Assembly (NCBI GenBank): GCA_963729045.1
Contig: CAVSMN010000020.1
Coordinates: 96,001-160,000, forward strand
Reading direction: 5' to 3'
Length of the DNA: 64,000 bases
From: an uncultured Nitrososphaeraceae archaeon
Lineage (GTDB): Archaea; Thermoproteota; Nitrososphaeria; Nitrososphaerales; Nitrososphaeraceae
The notes under the pieces were generated by a model, which ran no database searches, was not told the DNA's origin, and was given only the letters and a program-made list of their open reading frames with translations. Below are positions 32,928-43,122 of the stretch, piece after piece. Every line of letters begins with the position of its first letter. Position 1 is the stretch's first letter. The position numbers were made by a program, and so were the translations under genes.

Positions 32928-35282
32928 CTAGATTATTTTTTTTACAATCAAATGAAGTGTTCCTGCACGTCGATACAATTCACCAATAATATGGAAAGTA
33001 TTACCTTTTTTTAATATCGCCCTAGGACCAAAGTAATCCTGGGGTTCCAAAGAAGCATACCACTTTTCATTTACGATTACAATTGCTTTACCCATTACAA
33101 TCTTTTCAACGGATACAGAATATTTACTTCCAGATAGAAACTTGATAGATTCGATTAATGCAATTGAATTCTTATTTACCCATATAATTCTCTTCATTTT
33201 GGTTAGGTTTTCAATCGCCTTTCTAATAATCTCATGATCAATGCCTATTACCTCATTTAGATATGAAACTTCTAGTCCACTTTTCCCAGCTTTTCCGAGT
33301 AAGTCATGTATTTGTCTTTGAACTCGCTCGACTAATTTCTTTCTATCCAAATTCAATGAGACTTCATAAAGATCTTCCAAGTTTTTTTTTGTAAAAGGTG
33401 CAGATAGTTCTGAATCATTGGAGCTACTATGACGGTAGGATAGTTTCTTGACAAGGCTTTTAATCTTCTTATTGGAATTTGAAGAAATAGAATCCAAAAT
33501 AGGATTAATATTTTCGTTGTAATTATCTTCATTTACAAATTCAGAATATTTTTTAGATTTATCGTAGAGAAAAGAGAGTTCAGATTCAAGCATTTTGTCT
33601 GGATTTTTGAAAGTTCTCTTGTCATGTTTCTCAAAAGTAAAATTTGAATTCTGAAGACTTGATTTCATCCGATTAACTTTTCTTTTAGAGATCTCCAAAT
33701 ATTTTGTATCGATAGAATTTTCAGAAATTAGAATGACCACCTTTCCATTGGAAAATCTGCCCGTCCTTCCCTTCCTTTGTATAAACCTAATTTCGCTTGG
33801 TACAGGTTCATAAAATAGTACAAGATCAACATTGGGGATGTTAAGACCTTCCTCTGCAACTGACGTAGCAACAAGTACCGGGAATTTTCCCAGCCTAAAA
33901 TCACCAAGAATAGACAATTGTTTATCCTGACTGAGGCCTTTCTGTCCATTTTTATTTGATTGCCCGTAAAATCCTTGACAAGGTATACCATTGTAATTTA
34001 GAAAGTTTGTGATTTCTTCAAGCGTATCACGATATTGAGAAAAAATCAAAATCTTTTTTTGATAATTAGTAGGTATCAGTTGGTCTTCGCAGCCTTTGTA
34101 ATCCGAATTACCCTGTTTGGTAATAACATCATCAGTATCCCTAGATGAATTACTGGATATTTTTATGTCTTCTCTTAAATCAAGAAACTGACTAACTATC
34201 GATAACACCTTGATTAATTTAGGTGGAGGTTCATTATTATGATCCTTTAATATTTCGAATATTGCTTTTATTCGTGAATCCAAAAATAGTTCCTGATAAG
34301 TTTTACTTTCGGAGTTATCTTTAGCATTGTCTAAGAATTTTTTGAGAGCAAAACTGCCTTGAGATTCAACTAAATCACGACAGTATAACAAGATCAAAGA
34401 TAAAGATTGAAACTTCAAAGCAGTAAGTAAGAAAAAATTCATATTTTTTGGATCTAGTTTGGATTTTATATAGTCTCCAAGTGACAAGAGATCCTTTCTA
34501 TATACACTTTCAACCTTCCTCTTTCTTATGAATCGGTTATTGATTAGCCAGATGATTTTATCATTAATCAAAGAATTCAAGAGGGCTGAGAGATCCTTAT
34601 GATAATCATTCATTTCGATGGAGTAATGCTCTATGTTAGTATCAAAAACATATGGTAACACATCATCATCTCGTTCAGATTTGGCAATGATTTGCTCTAT
34701 AAATAGATTTGAACAAATCTCTTTGATTTTTTCTTCTTTTGCTCCGGGGCTAGCAGATAACCCTAGGACTAGTGGATGTTTACCATGATCAGAATTATCG
34801 TAAAATCGTTTAGAAATGGATGTATAACTATAGTCCTTAACAGCTCGTTGGGCTTCATCAAATATAATTAAGTAAAATTCATCTTTTTTAATTATACCAT
34901 CTCGGATATCATTCTTTACCAACTCGGGTGTAGCAAAGTACACCCTAAACGAAGAGGATTTCCACATTGTTTTTCTAATTTCTGGTCCTATCTTTCCTGT
35001 TAAGGCAATGCATTGGTCTGAAAGAAAGGTATTCTTTTTGAACAATTCAAAATGTTGAAACACCAAAGGGCGAGTAGGAGCAAGAATTAGAATCTTTGAT
35101 TTTTTCCAGTTAAGTAAAATGTCAAGACTAACTAATAAAGCAACAATTGTTTTTCCTAAAGATGTAGGGATCACAACTAATGAATTCTTATATAACGCCC
35201 TATTTACAATGTCCTCCTGGTATTGTCTATATTTAATAATTTCATCCCTTAATAGAGGATGAGCAAAATAGTTCTTGACCAA
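32928..35282 (-). CDS. Hef/FANCM/Mph1-like SF2 helicase lacking the ERCC4 nuclease domain
   Basis: PTSLGKT, APTRPLV, DEAQRA, GLSASPG, IFSQYRDT, ATSVAEEGLNIP, FYEPVPSEIRFIQRKGRTGR. Confidence 0.88.
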   Translation of the reverse strand: MVKNYFAHPLLRDEIIKYRQYQEDIVNRALYKNSLVVIPTSLGKTIVALLVSLDILLNWKKSKILILAPTRPLVFQHFELFKKNTFLSDQCIALTGKIGPEIRKTMWKSSSFRVYFATPELVKNDIRDGIIKKDEFYLIIFDEAQRAVKDYSYTSISKRFYDNSDHGKHPLVLGLSASPGAKEEKIKEICSNLFIEQIIAKSERDDDVLPYVFDTNIEHYSIEMNDYHKDLSALLNSLINDKIIWLINNRFIRKRKVESVYRKDLLSLGDYIKSKLDPKNMNFFLLTALKFQSLSLILLYCRDLVESQGSFALKKFLDNAKDNSESKTYQELFLDSRIKAIFEILKDHNNEPPPKLIKVLSIVSQFLDLREDIKISSNSSRDTDDVITKQGNSDYKGCEDQLIPTNYQKKILIFSQYRDTLEEITNFLNYNGIPCQGFYGQSNKNGQKGLSQDKQLSILGDFRLGKFPVLVATSVAEEGLNIPNVDLVLFYEPVPSEIRFIQRKGRTGRFSNGKVVILISENSIDTKYLEISKRKVNRMKSSLQNSNFTFEKHDKRTFKNPDKMLESELSFLYDKSKKYSEFVNEDNYNENINPILDSISSNSNKKIKSLVKKLSYRHSSSNDSELSAPFTKKNLEDLYEVSLNLDRKKLVERVQRQIHDLLGKAGKSGLEVSYLNEVIGIDHEIIRKAIENLTKMKRIIWVNKNSIALIESIKFLSGSKYSVSVEKIVMGKAIVIVNEKWYASLEPQDYFGPRAILKKGNTFHIIGELYRRAGTLHLIVKKII

Positions 35283-35345
35283 AGTTAGATTATGAAATAT
35301 CAGAGAAGGCTAGTAATGGTGGTATAGGACTGAACTTATCAATAT

Positions 35346-35675
35346 TCAGATCTCAAATACCTCATTTGATTCACTCTTTACCATGGTTTTCCTTTCAGGG
35401 TTAACACTGTCAATAGATTGTGCTAATTGTAAAACCTTAGAATTACTAATTAATTCCAAGATGGAATTTAGTTCTTCTAGTGATTTGATTACAATCCCTC
35501 TTTTTTTACTGGGAGTGCCATTTGAATTGAGTGGATTAATTTCTATTGCTATCGATGCTGGTCTGCCACGATATTCAGGAAGTTTAAATAAAAAAACGCC
35601 GGCTATGTTGGTAGGTTTTCTTTCCCAATCTTTACCTTCTTTTAAAAATTGTGATAATCTTTCGTCACCTGACAT
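35346..35675 (-). CDS. Archaeal hypothetical protein (possibly PC4-like)
   Basis: 109-aa ORF upstream of and co-oriented with the helicase; IEINP…TPSKKRGIVI. Confidence 0.7.
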   Translation of the reverse strand: MSGDERLSQFLKEGKDWERKPTNIAGVFLFKLPEYRGRPASIAIEINPLNSNGTPSKKRGIVIKSLEELNSILELISNSKVLQLAQSIDSVNPERKTMVKSESNEVFEI

Positions 35676-35938
35676 TTATGCAATCAATAATTATTTCATT
35701 CACTATCCTTTTAATTTTATCTATTTACTCATTAATTGGAATAATATACCAAAAGTTTTTAATATATAAGACGGATGGATGGAGCAGAATGAATTGTCAT
35801 GGTAATTCAAATGTTAGAAAAAGACATTGAAATAGGATGAGACCAATGATATAAACGCAGAAAATCTAGCGTTATTGGGAACTGAAAATAGATTTAAATA
35901 AAAAAACCTCTTGATATATCACATATAAAAAAAATGCT

Positions 35939-37330
35939 GTGACTGAGCTAATATATGATAAGGGCACTATTCTATTAAATGGCGATTTTCATACCCCATA
36001 TTCAGTATTTGACCCCAGAATCAATAGATATCGGGCCCTAGGTATCTACTATCCGGAAATAATTCACTATTTCAGAAGAAATAAAATTGATTACATGGAT
36101 AAAGTACGAGATTACATCATTCCGCTCAATAGGAACCAATTCAAAATAACTAATGAATTAAGGGACTATCAAAAAGAAGCTTGGAAAAGATGGATAACAC
36201 ATAATATGAAAGGGTGTATAATTCTACCAACGGGTGCAGGCAAAACAATAATTGCATTACATGCAATATTGAAAACAAATACCTCAACTCTTGTAATAGT
36301 TCCTACATTAAATTTAATGGAACAATGGTTTGAAGCCATGGAAAATATCATAAAAGTGAAGAACCAGATAGGCAAGCTTGGAGGTGGCAATGAAGACATA
36401 AAAAGTATTACAATTACAACATATGACTCAGCATACCTAAAATCATCATATCTAGGAAACAAATTTGAATTCTTAATATTCGATGAAGTACATCACCTGG
36501 CTTCTGATAAATATTCGTTAATTGGAGAACAATTTATTTCTCCTTACCGATTAGGTTTAACAGCAACAATAGAGCGAGAAGATGGCAAACATGTGAATAT
36601 TTACAAATTAGTAGGAAAGATAGTGTTCAGTAAAGATTTTTATGAACTATCTCAAGATAACCATCTAGCCAAATTTAGATTGAAAAAAATTAAGGTAGAG
36701 ATGTTACCAGACGAAATTTTACGATATAAACGAAGAATTTTTCAATATAACCAATTGTTAAAAGAAGCAAAAATCTTCTATCCCATTAGACTAGAAAGAT
36801 TAATTATCCTATCTGCTAACAATAGCAATCTTAGAAAGGCTTTACTTCTGAGAAATGAAGCTGTAGATATAGCCCTAAATAGCTATGCAAAAATTGTAGA
36901 ATTAGAAAAGATATTAAAACGCCATACTACAGAGAAAACAATAATTTTTACGGTTCATACTAAACTGGCCTATATTATTTCAGACAGATTTTTGATTCCT
37001 GTCATAACACATAGAACAAAGAATGAAGAAAGGAATGAAATCTTAGAAAAATTCAAGAAAGGATTATACAGAATTATAGTCACCACCAAGGTTTTGGACG
37101 AGGGAACAGATGTACCTGATGCCAACATGGGGATAATATTAAGTGGCACAGGAAGCAAAAGGGAATTTGTTCAAAGACTAGGAAGATTACTCAGACCTAA
37201 AAAGGATGTTGAAAACGTAGCTAATCTTATTGAAATAATTTCATCCGATACGAGTGAAATCTTTACTAGCAACAGAAGAAACAAAGGGATAAGCAATAAA
37301 AAGCAATTAATAGATAAATCAGATCAATGA
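35939..37330 (+). CDS. xpb: XPB/Rad25-family DNA helicase
   Basis: LRDYQ, LPTGAGKT, DEVHH, LGLTAT, XPB RED motif (EREDG), VLDEGTDVP, QRLGRLLR. Confidence 0.9.
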   Translation: MTELIYDKGTILLNGDFHTPYSVFDPRINRYRALGIYYPEIIHYFRRNKIDYMDKVRDYIIPLNRNQFKITNELRDYQKEAWKRWITHNMKGCIILPTGAGKTIIALHAILKTNTSTLVIVPTLNLMEQWFEAMENIIKVKNQIGKLGGGNEDIKSITITTYDSAYLKSSYLGNKFEFLIFDEVHHLASDKYSLIGEQFISPYRLGLTATIEREDGKHVNIYKLVGKIVFSKDFYELSQDNHLAKFRLKKIKVEMLPDEILRYKRRIFQYNQLLKEAKIFYPIRLERLIILSANNSNLRKALLLRNEAVDIALNSYAKIVELEKILKRHTTEKTIIFTVHTKLAYIISDRFLIPVITHRTKNEERNEILEKFKKGLYRIIVTTKVLDEGTDVPDANMGIILSGTGSKREFVQRLGRLLRPKKDVENVANLIEIISSDTSEIFTSNRRNKGISNKKQLIDKSDQ

Positions 37331-37396
37331 GTACTAAATGACAATATCATCTATTATTCCGAGTCTGATGATCAGAAAATGGTTAGTGAATAAGAA

Positions 37397-39395
37397 ATGA
37401 TATCTTCAGATTTACTCAGATGTAAATTGGATAATAAAAGTTATAAAATATATCCCATTTTATGTTCTCTGGAACAGAACTCTAAAGACGTCGAGATAGC
37501 TAAACAAGTCATACAAGTTTTTGAATATTCCTATCAACATAGCGTTATAAAAGAAAAGTTGAGTCAGTCTCTTAAGGGTCTGGAGCAAACTTATAAAGAC
37601 TATAAGCTCATTAGAGGATTAGCCGCGGTTTTAGAAAAAAGATGTACATTTAAATCCATATCGCAAGTTCACTCAAAAGACCCTCATCATAACGAGTCAA
37701 AACAGCCAATCGAAATTTTAGAAAATTTCACTGCAATGGATATTAGAAGAAGCGTTTTTGATGAATCAGCCAGACAGAATATCGCCGTAAGTGAGCAAAC
37801 AAGGAAATCAATTCTTGAGAAAATATCTAATAAACTAGGAATATCCAATGAGATGTTGTCAAAAGTGATGTGGTCTGATCTTGATGAAAACATGATAATG
37901 GGTACATTTGTACCAATCAGTGTCGAGAAGTTACTGCTTTCTTATAATGTATCGTTGATTCAAACTTTACTTTTTAGTTGCCTAAAAATTAGAATAGGTT
38001 TAGGGTCGAACCTAAATCTAGGAACTCGATGGAAAGAAGTACTCAGAGAAGTAAAAAGACTCGGTCTAATGTACTGGTTAGATGTGGTAGATGAAACAAC
38101 CCAGGATTCTAAAGAAAATACGATAATTTGTTCCATTGAAGGTGCTTTAAATGTAATAAAATTGACTGATAGATACGGTAGCGCGATATCAAAAATAATA
38201 CCCACCATTATGAAATCAGAAAGATGGCACCTACAGGCAGATATTCTCAGGGTAACAAATAGTGGAAAGAAACTAGTTTACGAATTTGAAATTTCTGAAA
38301 AATCCTATCCAAATTCATTTCCTTCAGATAAAATGATTAAAATGCACTTAGAAAATCCCTTTTATCAGGACAATGAATCAAAGAAAGATCCTTTTCCAAT
38401 GAACAAGAAATCTCATGATGAATATAATTCCAAAGATAGAAAGGATTTAAACATGCAAGAAATCAATATCGAGAATTTCATAGATAATTCTAATGTGCCA
38501 ATGCTTTTTGATAGCAAAATAGAAAAGATATTCTTACAAAAATTTGAACTATTTAAAACAGGATGGACTATAGAGCGAGAACCGGAACCTATGATAACAA
38601 AACAAAAAACTGCTTTTATACCAGATTTTGTCTTGTCAAAATTTGACAATAGTGTATTTGTTGAGATTATTGGTTTCTGGACAAAAGAATACCTAGAAAG
38701 GAAAATAACTAAAATATTTGAAATAGTACAAAACAAGACTCATGATGAAAAATTTTTCATGATCCTTGTGATCAATCTTGAAAATTTGATGTCATATGAA
38801 TTAAATGAAGAAGATAAGATAACTCATATTAAAAATAATAGGAATGTGTTAATAACCTCGTACAAGAACGATAAGATTTCATTCAAAGAGATACTAAAAT
38901 ATATTAAAGATATTGAAAACATTTACATAAGTCGTAATGTTCTCAACACACAGAATCAGAATAAGATCATTCAAAATATGATTGGACTGGTAGAAGAATT
39001 TAGAATATCTGAATATAAATTATTTGTATTTAGGTGACCTAGATGAAATGTTGAAGAAATATTGCACTACTGGTGATGCATTCTTAAAAGTGAGCCTTAA
39101 GGAGTTGATAGATAAGAATAATGATTTCAAGTTTATATTTGAAAGTGAGTTATCCAAAAAACGACTACTAATGATTGATGATTATATTCTCAAAACGCAG
39201 TTTATTGAAGAGATTTGGAAAGATATAAAAAATGTCATTAATTTGGGCGAAGCATGTAAGATTTTAGATTCCAAAAAAATACCCGAAAAAATACATATTA
39301 ATCTACTCACGTCGCTTGGATTCCATATCGAGTGGAATGGTCTTGACTATTCGAAAGCCAAAATGACATTGAAAAGCAGTGATTTACCCAAATAG
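37397..39395 (+). CDS. bax1: Bax1/DUF790 endonuclease; frameshift near 39020
   Basis: DYKLIRGL, WSDL, YNVSLIQTLLF, KRLGLMY, T.RYG, FDSKIE…EREPEP…IPDF…VEIIGFWTKEYLERK; directly downstream of xpb. Confidence 0.85.
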
Positions 39396-39561
39396 CGAAT
39401 TATTTTTGAAATAAAACAAATATATTTTTAAAGAATTACAAAATAGCCTCAGAGGAGATCATATATCTTAATTGGATTGAGGCATTTTATTCAAAAAAAC
39501 TAATAGATGTGATAACATGTGTTCATAAAAGTAAACAGATTTAAAATAAGAAGATCATATA

Positions 39562-39963
39562 TTGTATTTGAAGAGTGCGGAGAAAAGGGATTTGCAGCTA
39601 TCTAATAATTCAAAAATAATGGGTAAAAAGAATAACATTGAAAAAGTCGAAGTAGTGCCAAAAAAGGACAAATGGTTAAGAAATATTAAGGAAAGCTGGA
39701 GAAATGTTCAGTGTGCTTGTGGAAGCAACTTCCATTTTGATGGCAATATAGACAAACTCTTTGAATGGGAAAGTATCCATCTTCGACATCTTGCATCTGA
39801 TTCTGACAACCATTCAATAATTTCATTTTATCCGACGGACATGATAATATATTATCATTCTAAATCAGGGTATGTGATAGAAAGAAGAAAACATAAAAGT
39901 CATGAAATAAATGAGATTAACCAATCGTTGATGATGGGCAAAGTAACTATGACCGGGGTATAA
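39562..39963 (+). CDS. Hypothetical protein (CxC…HxxH)
   Basis: ORF with VQCACG and WESIHLRH. Confidence 0.5.
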   Translation: MYLKSAEKRDLQLSNNSKIMGKKNNIEKVEVVPKKDKWLRNIKESWRNVQCACGSNFHFDGNIDKLFEWESIHLRHLASDSDNHSIISFYPTDMIIYYHSKSGYVIERRKHKSHEINEINQSLMMGKVTMTGV

Positions 39964-39991
39964 GAATAATACGAGATAGAGGAAAGAGTGT

Positions 39992-41371
39992 CTGACCATA
40001 AATAATAACCATGTTGTAATTATAGGTGCAGGTATTCTAGGAACAACTTTAGCATATGCTATTTCTACTCTATCAAGCTCAAAGGTAACAATAATTGAGC
40101 AGGAAAAAATGGCAGGTTTGCATACAAGTTCGAGGAATACCGGCAAGGTCCATGCACCTTTTATCTACAATCCTGAAAAGAAGAAAATTTGGGCTAAAGC
40201 TGCCTTGTATGGTTATGATTTTTGGAAAAGATATTGTCAAGCAAACAAGATTTTGTTTGTAGAGGATGGAGTAATTGAAGTAGCAAATGATGATAAAGCA
40301 TTGAGGACACTTTCACTACATTTGGAATGGGGAATAAAAAATGGTTTGGATGAAAAGGAGATAATGATGATGGATGAAAAGGAGATATCAATTTTTGAAC
40401 CCAATCTGAAATGTCAGTCAGCGATCTTATGTCATAAAGATGCTTCGGTAAATTACGGCCAAATTACCCAAAGATTAGCAATCCAGATATGCAGTGAAAA
40501 TCATCAAGTATCCTTCATAACGCGATCTAAAGTTCTAAACATTAAAAATAAAAGTAATTCAAGTCCTGAAATTATCCTAGAATATATCAACCTTTTCGAA
40601 AACAAGATAAAAGAAATCAAATGTGATTTCTTGATCAACGCCGCTGGAAGCAATGCGATTAATATTTTAGATATGGCTAAAATAATCCATCAATATAGTG
40701 ATCTTTTTTTCAGAGGTGAATATTGGATAGCACCACCAAAATATAACAAACTCACAAACCATAGTATTTATTCAGTGCCTGAATTCCAACAATATCCATT
40801 TCTGGATCCTCACTGGATAATTAGAGCTAATGGAAATAGAGAAGTAGGACCCAATGCATGTCCGGTTTTTTCACCATATGGCTACAACAAGATCGTTAAC
40901 ATAAAGGAATTTCTTCCCAAAATATACAAACTTATGAATGGAAAAAATAGTAAAATAAAAAGAACGTTATTTAATAGAGAAATGCTCAATTTAATCTACA
41001 AGGAAGGATTAAGTAGCATTTCTAAAAAATATATGATAAATAGAGTTAAAAAATTTCTTCCCATTATAGAAGATAGAGACTTTAAAATTCGTGGGACCGC
41101 TGGAATTCGGTCAAACTTGATAGACAAAGAAGGTAATTTTGTAATGAATCCAATTTTCATGTTAAGAAATAACATGTTGCATATATTAAATTACAATTCT
41201 CCAGGAGCCACAGGTGCATTCCCCATTAGTTATTCAATAATTTTTAAACTTATTCAACTAGGGATTTTAAGAAATGATCGAGTGGATAACCACAAGGATG
41301 CTCAAGTAGCATGTTTTGACCAGAAATTAATTGAAGCTTGTAAGTATGAAATTGATCTTGATTTTACTTGA
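39992..41371 (+). CDS. FAD-dependent oxidoreductase, L-2-hydroxyglutarate oxidase (LhgO)-like
   Basis: Frame is open upstream of the track start and gives HVVIIGAGILG (Rossmann); HTSSRNTGKVH, INAAG, FRGEY, PFLDPH, VGPNA, AGIRS, NSPGATGA. Confidence 0.85.
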   Translation: MTINNNHVVIIGAGILGTTLAYAISTLSSSKVTIIEQEKMAGLHTSSRNTGKVHAPFIYNPEKKKIWAKAALYGYDFWKRYCQANKILFVEDGVIEVANDDKALRTLSLHLEWGIKNGLDEKEIMMMDEKEISIFEPNLKCQSAILCHKDASVNYGQITQRLAIQICSENHQVSFITRSKVLNIKNKSNSSPEIILEYINLFENKIKEIKCDFLINAAGSNAINILDMAKIIHQYSDLFFRGEYWIAPPKYNKLTNHSIYSVPEFQQYPFLDPHWIIRANGNREVGPNACPVFSPYGYNKIVNIKEFLPKIYKLMNGKNSKIKRTLFNREMLNLIYKEGLSSISKKYMINRVKKFLPIIEDRDFKIRGTAGIRSNLIDKEGNFVMNPIFMLRNNMLHILNYNSPGATGAFPISYSIIFKLIQLGILRNDRVDNHKDAQVACFDQKLIEACKYEIDLDFT

Positions 41372-41462
41372 TCATAAAATTAATAAACAAAGGATTAAAA
41401 GCTGATAACAGTACTTACATACTTTTGCCACAGGCATAATATAGTATAATATGAAAATAGGA

Positions 41463-41536
41463 GGGATCATAGTCTAGCTTGGTATGATGCCAGCCTCGGG
41501 CGCTGGAGGTCGTCGGTTCAAATCCGGCTGATCCCA
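41463..41536 (+). tRNA. tRNA-Pro(CGG), intronless
   Basis: Acceptor GGGATCA/TGATCCC; anticodon arm CCAGC-CTCGGGC-GCTGG; T-loop GTTCAAATC; CCA not encoded; T-run follows. Confidence 0.95.
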
Positions 41537-41867
41537 TTTTAGAATAATAGATCCACAAATATCATCCAACATGTATTATACAAAAGTAACTCAGACAATA
41601 TGATGTATACACTATCAACAGAAGCCTAAAGATTGTACCAATTCGAATGTAAACTGAAATAAGAATATTACCAATACTACTAAATGATAGCACGAACTTT
41701 AGATTATTTAGTACTACACAGAAAACATTCAAAATATTTTAAAATTAATAAAATTTTACTAATAAATTGCTAATTTTGATTATAGTATTTAGAAAAAATT
41801 TTTACAAAGATAGACTCGCTAGCAAATTTTAAATAGTGTAAGCAAGATACTAGAATAAATTATTAAT

Positions 41868-42956
41868 TTGGACGATGTAGAAGATAGTAAAGAAAATAAA
41901 TCTACTGATGAACTCGCGGACCTCAAGGAAAATCTAATAAAAAGCGGCACTAATACACAGCAATCGCCCAATTTAGTCCAAGAAGGAATCATTGCAGGCA
42001 AAAAAATTGCAAAAACCTCAGTTATAACTTTACTGGCTATAGGTATTGTAGAAATAATCACAGGAATTCTCAGTGGCAGTGTAGTCGCTACCGCTGATGG
42101 TTTAGATTCAATATCAGATGCAGCCATTTCTTTTATAGTATTATTAGGATTAAGGATTGCACATAGACCGGCTGACAAGAAGTTTCATTTTGGGTATCAT
42201 AAAGTTGAAAGTTTTACAGCATTAATTGCTTCAATAGGAATGATAGTGATTGGTATAGTCATATTTTATAATTCCTATCAGGCATTAATTCATCCACATG
42301 AAATAAGGCATGCATATATTGTTATGGCAGTCCTAGCCGGAGCAAGTGCATTATCTCTTCATAGAGCATTTCAAATGCGGATTATAGCTAACAAGTATAA
42401 TTTGCTTTCACTAAAGACAGATGCGAGAAATTCTATAAAAGATGGATCAGCTTCAGTTATCGGTTTCTTTAGTATACTTGTTGCAACACAATTTGGATTT
42501 GAACAAATGGACGGAATAGGTGGAATGATAATAGCGTGTTATATCTTCTCAGTTTCATACTTATCTCTTAAAAAATCATCTTTGATACTCATAGACTCAT
42601 GGCAAAACCCCAAATTAACAGTAGTAATAAAAAACATAATTTCAGAACAATTTAGCGATGAAAAAATAGTTGTAAGAGACGTATTACTTCGCTCTTCGGG
42701 CATGATAGATCAAGCAGAAATACACATAGCAGTTGATGGAAAGGAATCATTAGAAGAAGTCGAAATGCTATCTTTAAAAATACAGTTGGTGATTAGTTCT
42801 CAATTTCCATCCATTGAAAGAGTTTTAGTAATCCCACATCCTTATTCCGCTTCAGAGACGCGAGTAACTTCAAGAATGGATCGGTTCAGGAATATGAAAT
42901 TAAAAAGGCCTTCATATATGAATAGAAATATCAAACAGGATGAAAACACCAAATAA
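41868..42956 (+). CDS. Cation diffusion facilitator (FieF/YiiP-like)
   Basis: ADGLDSISD, RPADKKFHFGYHKVES, DARNSIKD, C-terminal dimerisation domain. Confidence 0.9.
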   Translation: MDDVEDSKENKSTDELADLKENLIKSGTNTQQSPNLVQEGIIAGKKIAKTSVITLLAIGIVEIITGILSGSVVATADGLDSISDAAISFIVLLGLRIAHRPADKKFHFGYHKVESFTALIASIGMIVIGIVIFYNSYQALIHPHEIRHAYIVMAVLAGASALSLHRAFQMRIIANKYNLLSLKTDARNSIKDGSASVIGFFSILVATQFGFEQMDGIGGMIIACYIFSVSYLSLKKSSLILIDSWQNPKLTVVIKNIISEQFSDEKIVVRDVLLRSSGMIDQAEIHIAVDGKESLEEVEMLSLKIQLVISSQFPSIERVLVIPHPYSASETRVTSRMDRFRNMKLKRPSYMNRNIKQDENTK

Positions 42957-43122
42957 AATATATCCTGTTGATAATTACAACAATTATTTTTTGATTAAAT
43001 AAGATTCAGGAGTCTGATTCATACTAGAATTCCATGACTGAATGAAATATTCGGTTCTTGATGTATGGAAGAACATAACAGAAAATACATACAAAACATC
43101 TTTAGATTCAATAATTACATAA

